DNA from: a virus
Taxonomy: Duplodnaviria; Caudoviricetes
IMG/VR virus record: IMGVR_UViG_3300028888_000093
Span: 1-64,000 of that record
Strand: one strand, 5' to 3'
DNA: 64,000 nt
The notes under the pieces were generated by a model, which was given only the letters and a program-made list of their open reading frames with translations, did no database searches and was not told where the DNA came from. Each line of letters starts with the position of its first letter. The stretch's first letter is position 1. A program made the translations under genes and the position numbers. Below are positions 28,301 through 35,327 of the stretch, piece by piece.

Positions 28301-28625
28301 TTATTCAAACGGTTTCATAATGAAGACTGAAGATTATGACAGATATTGCGATTTTCTATTCAAATGCCTTGACATGTATCTGCAATTCTCAAAGATACAT
28401 GACAAACAGTCGCTTGAAGAACATGTGAGATACAATCTTGAGGTTGGAAAATATCCGAGATACCAGAATCCAAAACAAATACCGCAGGAGGCTGTAAAGT
28501 GGCAGATGTCGATTCTTGGCTTCCTGAGCGAGAGGCTTTGGACGTTGTGGTTGCAGCACAATTTCAATCAGGACAGGATTTACAAAACCCCATACATTAA
28601 AATGGAGGAGAATATGTATACATAG
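25380..28625 (+). CDS. Multidomain glycosyltransferase (two paralogous GT2/GT92-like domains, a central GT-A domain, C-terminal DUF4422)
   Basis: CCIAKMEN..EWY..LYDNND..DWIGFFDADEF is repeated as CCIGKNEN..EWY..LYDNND..DWIMFIDCGDEY. Central NSDV..YGWGVND. C-terminal DNVGDNISDKN..QYRR..GFLSERL. Confidence 0.85.
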   Translation: MKTAICCIAKMENHYIREWVEWYKNIGVDNIILYDNNDIDGERFEDVIGDYITDGFVILNNVRGKEKWQMPSYQDCYEKYSNNYDWIGFFDADEFLEFDNNKTISDFLNEDIFKEADFIKVCWKNFSDNGLLCVENENYSIKRFTKVIEEKSQTSFLANRSTKIIIRTKLPNFHFYMEPGGQHGWHLPFNSVDCHGNKCKNNTQVINDRIWDNAWLNHYRFKTIEEYCKYKLVRLYPDVDKETGKLWMNKNEFFDYNEWTQEKEDLYNEIMDIKEQKLVCTILNYKHDDNALRLYNSLKNRFVTYLIDTNYIDNGGNCPFDKNDEHVILEHNLYNGGGFIKEYDILCQENGNAVFEINSDVEFDDANLNKLLGVINEVKDNKNIGVWEPSAKQGSMCNGSTQLLLTNIHQYNQGTNTMRKVKCGEGWCMLVKKEVLDKVIPHIDYKENKYGWGVNDAYNRAARKLGLDVVIDDRVMAYHPAGTGYSNQEAAAEYERFKLRFQELGLDEPQPKTPNEIKTLVCCIGKNENKYVRNYVEWYKNLGVTHICLYDNNDVDGERFESVIGDYIESGYVELVDFRGREVCQLQAYTECYHNNKNDYDWIMFIDCGDEYLKLNRCRTIGEYLAMPQFVNYDMIHVNLMTVGDNDSTDVDDRPLWERFPNPIPFDRKIAYNFPENCHVSSIVRGGLEDIKWEGNGFTHTPSPNNLRCCNNVGFTCDSNSPFTNIDYQLAEFRHYTTKTAREYCNKMRRGFPDQKWDGSRIQNLIETRFFRTNEITKEKVDIFKEELGIDMSYLLPHVYEGPKNDDIKIYSLCYAKKDFKFLEDSVVTPLQVGAANGTEVCSLKDNVGDNISDKNYLYIENTGTYWIWKNVHDCKYKGQMQYRRPLSGVTEDMDFDKVFEDYDVITCEPFYHPDHKTPTETEKMVIPADTVEQGYAFSNCIDDLLICEMAVKMLYPEYSEDWDKYIKNGSNLYYSNGFIMKTEDYDRYCDFLFKCLDMYLQFSKIHDKQSLEEHVRYNLEVGKYPRYQNPKQIPQEAVKWQMSILGFLSERLWTLWLQHNFNQDRIYKTPYIKMEENMYT

Positions 28626-28667
28626 TTTGTTTTGGCTGTGTCAAGGTAGTACTTTTCATATTGTTTT

Positions 28668-28702
28668 TGGCAACACGCATGGTTGTGTGCTGCCATTTTT
28701 TT
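28668..28702 (+). terminator. Intrinsic terminator
   Basis: GGCAACAC...GTGTGCTGCC imperfect stem plus T7. Confidence 0.7.
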
Positions 28703-28711
28703 CAAGAAAAA

Positions 28712-28719
28712 CTATTTAT
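28712..28719 (+). promoter_or_regulatory. Putative late promoter CTATTTAT
   Basis: Between a terminator and ATG 28746. Confidence 0.65.
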
Positions 28720-28745
28720 TATAATACAAAATAATTTTCAATACA

Positions 28746-29459
28746 ATGAAGGATATTGCATTTGCATACCAGGAGGAAATACGATATTATAATGACAAAC
28801 AGAGATTACATTCAAATGTGTTGAATATATTGGATTATATAGGTAAAGCTGGTTATGATAATTATGATGAGTATTATACTGATTTACAAGAATATCTTTT
28901 GAAGACACAAGATTATGAAATAGTTGAGGAACCAGAAATTAATGCAAACATACCAGTTCCTTACATAACAAACAACAGACCAGCGTTTTTGTATACTATC
29001 AATTGTGGCACAAATTATGCTTTTATACCTAACAGTATAAATGATTACAGTTTAATTGAAGAATATGGGTATACACCTGTAAAACTCGGATATGATGGTT
29101 CAAATGGGCCGATATTGTCTTCTGATGGTGATTTAAGGGTATATCTGGTTTATCCTGTAAGTATAGATTTGTCTTATGGGTATTTTTCTGAAAAAATGGT
29201 TTGTTTTTTGTCTAAATATTTTACCAACATAAACTTGGATAATAATGATATAATGTTGGACGGTAAAAAAATAATAGGTGGTGCATCTACGGTTATGAAC
29301 AATATGAGGGTTGTTGTATTTCAGATTAACTTCATCGACAAGCAAAGTGACATACAATCAATATGTGGGATAACGAATAAGATTCCTGGGTATATCGACA
29401 AAACGATACTTAGTGCTGTGGAATTTAAAAACGAATTTCTGACATGGCTAAGAATTTAA
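28746..29459 (+). CDS. Lipoate/biotin-protein ligase (BPL/LplA/LipB) catalytic-domain-like protein
   Basis: NNDIMLDGKKIIGGA matches the ND..GKK(I/V)xG core; upstream GPILSSDGDL resembles a degenerate GGAVYHDxGNL. Confidence 0.65.
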   Translation: MKDIAFAYQEEIRYYNDKQRLHSNVLNILDYIGKAGYDNYDEYYTDLQEYLLKTQDYEIVEEPEINANIPVPYITNNRPAFLYTINCGTNYAFIPNSINDYSLIEEYGYTPVKLGYDGSNGPILSSDGDLRVYLVYPVSIDLSYGYFSEKMVCFLSKYFTNINLDNNDIMLDGKKIIGGASTVMNNMRVVVFQINFIDKQSDIQSICGITNKIPGYIDKTILSAVEFKNEFLTWLRI

Positions 29460-31399
29460 TTATATATCCATTTTCGGATAATACAGTACAACACACAAAA
29501 TCATCAACAGGCTCTACTGGCTATGCTCTGGTTAATGAAAAAACAAACAGCACAAATGGTTATTTGGAACATGTGTTTTCAACTGGGGCCACAACCTATG
29601 TTTCAAGTTTTAATAATCTTGACCATGCTTCTGATGTCACCGTTGGAAAAATAAGAATTAATTCCATATCATCTGTTAATTTATATTTGGCTTTAACAAA
29701 GGGTAGCAATGCAACATTAAACGGTGTAAATATATTCGGAAAAGTAACAATCAACGGAAACACATATACTAGCAGTAGCTATAACCCAACAGGCAATGTT
29801 AGTACATCCCTTCAAACGCTGGCAATATCAAATGCCAATATAAATCAAATATATTCATCAGTATCAGCCGCATCAATAGGATTGTCAATATCAACAACTG
29901 GTAGATACACAACAGACAGTGACAAAAACAACGACTCGTATCTAAGAATCTACAATGCTAATGTGACAATATCATATGATGATGTTTTCACTTGTGCTGT
30001 AAACGTGATATCTGGACATGGAATATCACAGGCAACTTGTTCTGATAGTGATGTTATTGACGGTGGTTTGTGTACATTTAATGCATCAGTACAGGATAAA
30101 TATGAATTTTATGGATGGTATGACAATGCAGACTTTGAGGGGAATCCACTTTCAATATCTCCGTCTTTTACGACAGTGATAAGGGAGGATACAACGTTAT
30201 ATCCAATGGCTGTCAAAGAGGATTTTGTTCCACCAGATGAGGACCCACAAAAGGTTTACTACCCATTAACAATATCGTCAATTAACGCAATAACAAATCC
30301 GACGAAGGGTACAACAAAGGTTGAAAGTGGTACAAGCAAAACGATAACAATAACCCCGTCCTATCCCTTGTTGACTTTGGCTTTGGATAATGGTGTGGAT
30401 ATCACATCACAACTTGTTCTTTGTGGTGATACTATAAATGTGCCAACAGTTGCCATGGCGCCAAACGCAAACTATGGATTTACATTAAACGACAACACAA
30501 AATATTACACCTCCACAAACCAAGGGCAAAACAACAGTGCATCGGTATGCAGAGTTACATTTAATTTGCCTGTTGATTGTCTTGTGACATTTCAATACAT
30601 AAATTACTCCGAAACCACGTACGATTATGGAATTTTCGGAAAAGTTGATGTTGCGTTAACAACAACAAACACTTCAGACAGTAATGCATATAAAATATTG
30701 TCACAAAGTTCAGACAATACACCAGATGCCAAAACATTAACATATGAAATAGATAGTGGAACTCATTTCATTGATGTCAAATACAGGAAAAATGATGTGA
30801 TAAATAGCAACAATGATAATTTGCAATTCAAAATATTAAGTATTGAGCCGATTGAAGCCGAGTCATACTATGTCTATGAATTATCAAACATAAACCAAGA
30901 ACACTCTCTCACATTTGTTTTTGGAAATGTTGAGTATTATTTTATCACATCACAGACAGACAGTAACGCTGGACTTTATCCTAACGGGCAAACAGTTGTG
31001 CTTCCAGGAGATGACTATAGGCTGACAATCATTCCAGAAAACAATCGGGAAACAATAATGTTAAAGGACAACGACTATGATGTGTCGTCACAATTGGAAC
31101 GTGTCGAAATCGAAACAGAAAAGGACGGGCAGACAATAACGGTGCTAAACTATGTCTATAGGCTTAATAACGTATCACAGGGACATGTGTTGACTGTTGA
31201 AACGACAAAACCAAACCTCGGATTTTCAATTAAAATAAACGGAACCTACATGTCTGGAAATTTCTTTGTGAAGGCAAACGGGGCGTGGGTGCAAATACAG
31301 GCTGTAGATATATACGCACACAATGGCGTCAAATGGTTGGAAAGTCTGAACGATGTCATCAAAACCAACAACATATTGTTCGGAGGTAATATAGGATAG
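29444..31399 (+). CDS. Putative virion fibre/adhesin protein
   Basis: S/T/N-rich beta domains; B-repeat-like YEFYGWY...DTTLYP; jelly-roll-like SETTYDYG...GTHFIDVKYRKND; C-terminal KING/KANGAW repeats. Confidence 0.6.
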   Translation: MAKNLIIYPFSDNTVQHTKSSTGSTGYALVNEKTNSTNGYLEHVFSTGATTYVSSFNNLDHASDVTVGKIRINSISSVNLYLALTKGSNATLNGVNIFGKVTINGNTYTSSSYNPTGNVSTSLQTLAISNANINQIYSSVSAASIGLSISTTGRYTTDSDKNNDSYLRIYNANVTISYDDVFTCAVNVISGHGISQATCSDSDVIDGGLCTFNASVQDKYEFYGWYDNADFEGNPLSISPSFTTVIREDTTLYPMAVKEDFVPPDEDPQKVYYPLTISSINAITNPTKGTTKVESGTSKTITITPSYPLLTLALDNGVDITSQLVLCGDTINVPTVAMAPNANYGFTLNDNTKYYTSTNQGQNNSASVCRVTFNLPVDCLVTFQYINYSETTYDYGIFGKVDVALTTTNTSDSNAYKILSQSSDNTPDAKTLTYEIDSGTHFIDVKYRKNDVINSNNDNLQFKILSIEPIEAESYYVYELSNINQEHSLTFVFGNVEYYFITSQTDSNAGLYPNGQTVVLPGDDYRLTIIPENNRETIMLKDNDYDVSSQLERVEIETEKDGQTITVLNYVYRLNNVSQGHVLTVETTKPNLGFSIKINGTYMSGNFFVKANGAWVQIQAVDIYAHNGVKWLESLNDVIKTNNILFGGNIG

Positions 31400-31438
31400 A
31401 AAATGTACCAAACAATTGATGCGTTTTTTTGTTTTTTA

Positions 31439-32341
31439 TCACTTCCCGTATATGATTACAATTCCTTGGTAGCCATTTCCACCTTGTGAATAGGTATGCT
31501 TACTGGAAAACGCACCGCCACCACCTCCAGCACCAGGACTGGTACCGTTGAAACCAGTATTTAAAATATTATCATTTGGTCCATACCCACCGTTACCTCC
31601 ACCAGTTTGACCACCAGCAAATCCAGTTGGATATGTGCCGCCATATGTAGTCCAGTTGTCATATGAATCAAAGCCAGCGCTACCGCCAGCCCCATATAAG
31701 GTTTCATCATTTTGGTCAAATGGGTTTGGCAAACCATCTTCACCCATAACACCATATGTGTCATTTTCGCTTGCTTTGTAATATCTTGTTTGTGGATTTC
31801 CATGTCCACAAGGTCTTCCACCGATACCACTATATTCAACTTTTGTGTTAACCCCGCCGTTTGAACCACTATATCGAATACCGCCGTAGGATGTGTAAGT
31901 GTTTCCATTATACATAACATAACTATCACCGCCAGAATTACCAGCACCATTGGCTGAGCCACCAGCCCCACCATCACCGACATAGACGGTTATTGATTTT
32001 GAATTATATATGGTTTCAAAAGCTTTGGCTTGACCACCATTTCCACCATTACCACCCCAATGGGCAGTATTAAAATCACCATGTCCACCAGCTCCACCAC
32101 CTACAATCCAAAAACCAAGTTGTGTGTATTTCTTGTCAATCGTGTATGTTGTGGTCCCAGTAGTTGTAAATCTGGCTATTTCAACCCATACGTCGCTATA
32201 TTCCTGGTCCATGTCGTTTGTTGGGTAGAATTTTACAATTCCATGTTCGCCAATCATACCGAGACTCGGTTCCACAAATTCCAATGAGTTTCTGTATTGG
32301 TTGTATTCTTCTATGTCTGTAAATTGTTTTATGTAGTCCAT
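31439..32341 (-). CDS. Glycine-rich fibre/receptor-binding-like protein
   Basis: IVGGGAGG, VYVGDGGAGG, GAGGGGG and C-terminal GGNGYQGIVIIY, typical of phage glycine-rich domains. Confidence 0.8.
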   Translation of the reverse strand: MDYIKQFTDIEEYNQYRNSLEFVEPSLGMIGEHGIVKFYPTNDMDQEYSDVWVEIARFTTTGTTTYTIDKKYTQLGFWIVGGGAGGHGDFNTAHWGGNGGNGGQAKAFETIYNSKSITVYVGDGGAGGSANGAGNSGGDSYVMYNGNTYTSYGGIRYSGSNGGVNTKVEYSGIGGRPCGHGNPQTRYYKASENDTYGVMGEDGLPNPFDQNDETLYGAGGSAGFDSYDNWTTYGGTYPTGFAGGQTGGGNGGYGPNDNILNTGFNGTSPGAGGGGGAFSSKHTYSQGGNGYQGIVIIYGK

Positions 32342-32446
32342 TAATCATTAATTCTTTTAATTGTTATTAATCGTTGTCGATTGTGGCACTTATAATATTG
32401 TATGATGAATCGAGATACCAGACTTTAGATTCATTTTCAAAAAATG

Positions 32447-32620
32447 TTATTTCCCCAAAATAACCAGGTTAGGTCGTATTTCGTTTGGGTTCGGTTTATA
32501 TTTTGGAATTCCACCACTCAATTCGTCAATTACACTTATGTTTGGGAGAGTGTATCCAGACGAATTAACATATTCGGTATAAGCTGAAAGGCTTTTAAAT
32601 CTTTTGAAGTAGTCAATCAT
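32447..32620 (-). CDS. 57-aa protein missed by the ORF track; N-terminus paralogous to the downstream glycine-rich protein
   Basis: Hand translation MIDYFKRFKSLSAYTEYVNSSGYTLPNISVIDELSGGIPKYKPNPNEIRPNLVILGK*; late motif 22 nt upstream. Confidence 0.7.
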   Translation of the reverse strand: MIDYFKRFKSLSAYTEYVNSSGYTLPNISVIDELSGGIPKYKPNPNEIRPNLVILGK

Positions 32621-32642
32621 AATTCAATCTTTTTATTATTAC

Positions 32643-32650
32643 ATAAATAG
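32643..32650 (-). promoter_or_regulatory. Putative late promoter CTATTTAT (minus strand)
   Basis: ATAAATAG on the + strand; heads the only minus-strand cassette. Confidence 0.65.
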
Positions 32651-32713
32651 TGTGTTTGTCATTGATTATTTTACAAAAACGAGGTAAATTGATATAGAAT
32701 AATTTCTTGTAAA

Positions 32714-32721
32714 CTATTTAT
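32714..32721 (+). promoter_or_regulatory. Putative late promoter CTATTTAT
   Basis: Heads the baseplate operon. Confidence 0.7.
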
Positions 32722-32739
32722 GTTAAATTGGTTTTAAGT

Positions 32740-33129
32740 ATGGCATTAACGCAGAAATACGGAATAAAATACCCATTCACATCAGACAACAACGACAATG
32801 TTTTCATGGATGTGAACGGAACTTATGCTGACAGCATAAAATCAAAGGTCATGCATGTTATTCTGACACAAAAGGGACAGAGGTTAAGGAACCCAGAGTT
32901 TGGCACAAGTCTGATAAATTACATATTTGCCGCATCGGACGACATAACGTTGTCTGCGGTGAAGCAGGAGGTTGGGTCTCAATTGTCAAAATATGTGCCA
33001 AATGTGGCTTTTAATGACCTTGATGTTTATCGTGACGAAAATGACGAAAACAATGTGATTGTGTCTGTCACATATTCAGTAACAAATGGAAATAACACCG
33101 AAACAACAACTGTTGCGGTGAGATTATAA
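32740..33129 (+). CDS. Baseplate wedge subunit, gp25-like
   Basis: GIKYPF, ILTQKGQRLRNPEFGTSL, YVPNV; ATG at 32740. Confidence 0.9.
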   Translation: MALTQKYGIKYPFTSDNNDNVFMDVNGTYADSIKSKVMHVILTQKGQRLRNPEFGTSLINYIFAASDDITLSAVKQEVGSQLSKYVPNVAFNDLDVYRDENDENNVIVSVTYSVTNGNNTETTTVAVRL

Positions 33130-33141
33130 TCAAAATTACAG

Positions 33142-35064
33142 ATGGAAAAAGGGATAACATATTTGAATCGCACATTTTACGACTACAAGGATGCCTTGTT
33201 GGAATACTCAAAGAAATATTATCCAGACTTGAACTTGGAATATGACGATGCATCTGTCGCTTCGTGGTTGATTGATTTGAACGCCGCCATTGCCGACAAT
33301 TTGTCATATCACATTGACAGGGTGTATCAGGAGACAAATTTGGACAGTGCACAAGAGAGAAAATCTTTGTTGAATATCGCAAGAAACAATGGGGTTAAAA
33401 TACCAGGACCAAAAGCGGCAATGGCTGAGGTAAGGCTTTGGTGTGTGCTTGGGGTTGACCAGGTCAGTCATCCAGACTGGTCTTATGCTCCAATAATAAA
33501 GAGGGGGACAAAGGTTGGTTCGGCAAACGGACAGGAATTCGAGGTATTGGAAGATGTTGACTTCGCGCAACAATTCAACCAGGATGGAATAAGTGACAGA
33601 ACATTCACACCGAATCTGAATGCCAACGGTGTGATAACAGGGTATACAGTATCGAAACTTGCGGTTGTTGTTGCTGGTGAGTCATTAATTTACAGGCAGA
33701 ACATAGCCAAAACAGATATAAGACCTTTTATGGAAGTTGTTCTTCCGATAGAAAATGTCATGAATATTGAATCAATACTTGTCGTTCCAGGAAACAGCAA
33801 GGAAATACCGACATATGGCGCATTTTACAGTGAGGTGGAGGAATGCGAGAATGGTGTGAGATTTTTCGAAGTTGACAGTTTGTCGCAAACAGAGAGATGG
33901 GCGCCAGAACTTGACGTACACACAAACACAGCAAAAAAATACTATTATGGCTATGATTATTCTGGCGGCACGGTTGCGTCTTATTGCATCACAAAAGGTG
34001 AGTGGAAACCAGTGAAACACAAATTCATAACCGAATACATGGATAACGGGTACATGAAAATAATATTCGGTGCTGGAAACAATTACGAGTACCCAGAATT
34101 GGGTGATTCAATGTCTGATTTTGCCAAGTGGCAGATATCAAGAATGATAAGCAATGATTCTTTGGGATTATTACCAAATCATGACAGTACAATGTTTATA
34201 TTATACAGACTTGGTGGTGGTAGAGCAAGCAATTTGGCAAGGGGAGCAATAAACAGGATTTCATATTTGAACGCCGAATTCAGGGGAAGCGACCAATCTG
34301 TAATTTCAGAAGTAAACAGGAGTCTTGGCGTTATAAGCACAACACCATCAGTATCTGGAAAGGACTTTCCGTCAAATACCGAGTTGAAGTATATTGTAAA
34401 ATACAACAAGGGGGCACAGGAGAGATGTGTTTGTGTCAAGGATTATATAGACAGGTTGTTGCAGCTTCCGCCGAAATACGGAACGCCGTTCAGACTTGGT
34501 GTGGTTGAACAGAACAACAAGATTGTTGTTTATGTTCTAGGTTTGAACTATCTTGGCCAACTTGACACACTTTTACCGATAACATTGATAAAGAACATAG
34601 AACGTTATTTGTCTAAGTATAAAATGTTAAACGATTATGTTGAGATAAAGAGCGGAAGAATCATAAATCTGGAATTCCAGGTTGATGTAATTGTTGATAA
34701 AAATTACAACAAATCAGATGTTGTTTCGTCTATCATCAACACAATCAAGGATTACATGGATATCAACAAACACCTTATGGGTGAGGAAATTTACGTTGGA
34801 GATATTGAGAAAGAGGTGTCGAAGATAGATGGTGTGTTAAACCTTATTGATTTGGCTGTTTACAATAAGATGGATATGGGTTATTCAAATGTTCAGGTAT
34901 CTCAACCAATCATGCTGGATGACAGTAGGGTACAGCCTTATGCGTCTAATAAAGTCAGGATTGACCTTGAGGAAAGTGATTGGATACTATATAATGAGGG
35001 TGACACCATGATGGAAATTAAAAATCCAAGCGAAGATATTTTGGTAAGGGTAAAGGAAAGATAA
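33142..35064 (+). CDS. Baseplate wedge protein, T4 gp6 / baseplate J-like
   Basis: DNLSYHIDR..QETNLDSAQER.S, IIFGAG, YRLGGGRASN, QERCVCVKDY. Confidence 0.88.
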   Translation: MEKGITYLNRTFYDYKDALLEYSKKYYPDLNLEYDDASVASWLIDLNAAIADNLSYHIDRVYQETNLDSAQERKSLLNIARNNGVKIPGPKAAMAEVRLWCVLGVDQVSHPDWSYAPIIKRGTKVGSANGQEFEVLEDVDFAQQFNQDGISDRTFTPNLNANGVITGYTVSKLAVVVAGESLIYRQNIAKTDIRPFMEVVLPIENVMNIESILVVPGNSKEIPTYGAFYSEVEECENGVRFFEVDSLSQTERWAPELDVHTNTAKKYYYGYDYSGGTVASYCITKGEWKPVKHKFITEYMDNGYMKIIFGAGNNYEYPELGDSMSDFAKWQISRMISNDSLGLLPNHDSTMFILYRLGGGRASNLARGAINRISYLNAEFRGSDQSVISEVNRSLGVISTTPSVSGKDFPSNTELKYIVKYNKGAQERCVCVKDYIDRLLQLPPKYGTPFRLGVVEQNNKIVVYVLGLNYLGQLDTLLPITLIKNIERYLSKYKMLNDYVEIKSGRIINLEFQVDVIVDKNYNKSDVVSSIINTIKDYMDINKHLMGEEIYVGDIEKEVSKIDGVLNLIDLAVYNKMDMGYSNVQVSQPIMLDDSRVQPYASNKVRIDLEESDWILYNEGDTMMEIKNPSEDILVRVKER

Positions 35065-35327
35065 TGGCTTGTGCATGTAAAGTTACGAGACAGTTGGATT
35101 TCCTGCACAAGAAATACGGTGACAACCAACCGAAAAGCAAGAAAACCAACATAATAGGAAGTATAAAGGGCAAAATCATGGCTGTGTGTACTTCTGTTTT
35201 GATAGTGCCTTTTTTCCCCTTTTATATTGTCAGGGCAATGATAACAAACAGACACGGAATATTCAACATAGATAAAATTTTCAATTTAACAAAAAGCAAG
35301 AATGTTAGAAAACAACAAATCATATAG
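35064..35327 (+). CDS. Small putative membrane protein
   Basis: TAATG coupling to the wedge gene; MACACK start; hydrophobic IMAVCTSVLIVPFFPFYIVRAMI. Confidence 0.65.
   Translation: MACACKVTRQLDFLHKKYGDNQPKSKKTNIIGSIKGKIMAVCTSVLIVPFFPFYIVRAMITNRHGIFNIDKIFNLTKSKNVRKQQII

Noticed and set aside
16659-28625. Glycosyltransferase cluster as a DNA hypermodification system
   Set aside because: No hydroxymethylase, thymidylate-synthase homolog or T4-type DNA glucosyltransferase is recognisable in the window, and the families present are surface-glycan types. Not excluded for the rest of the genome.
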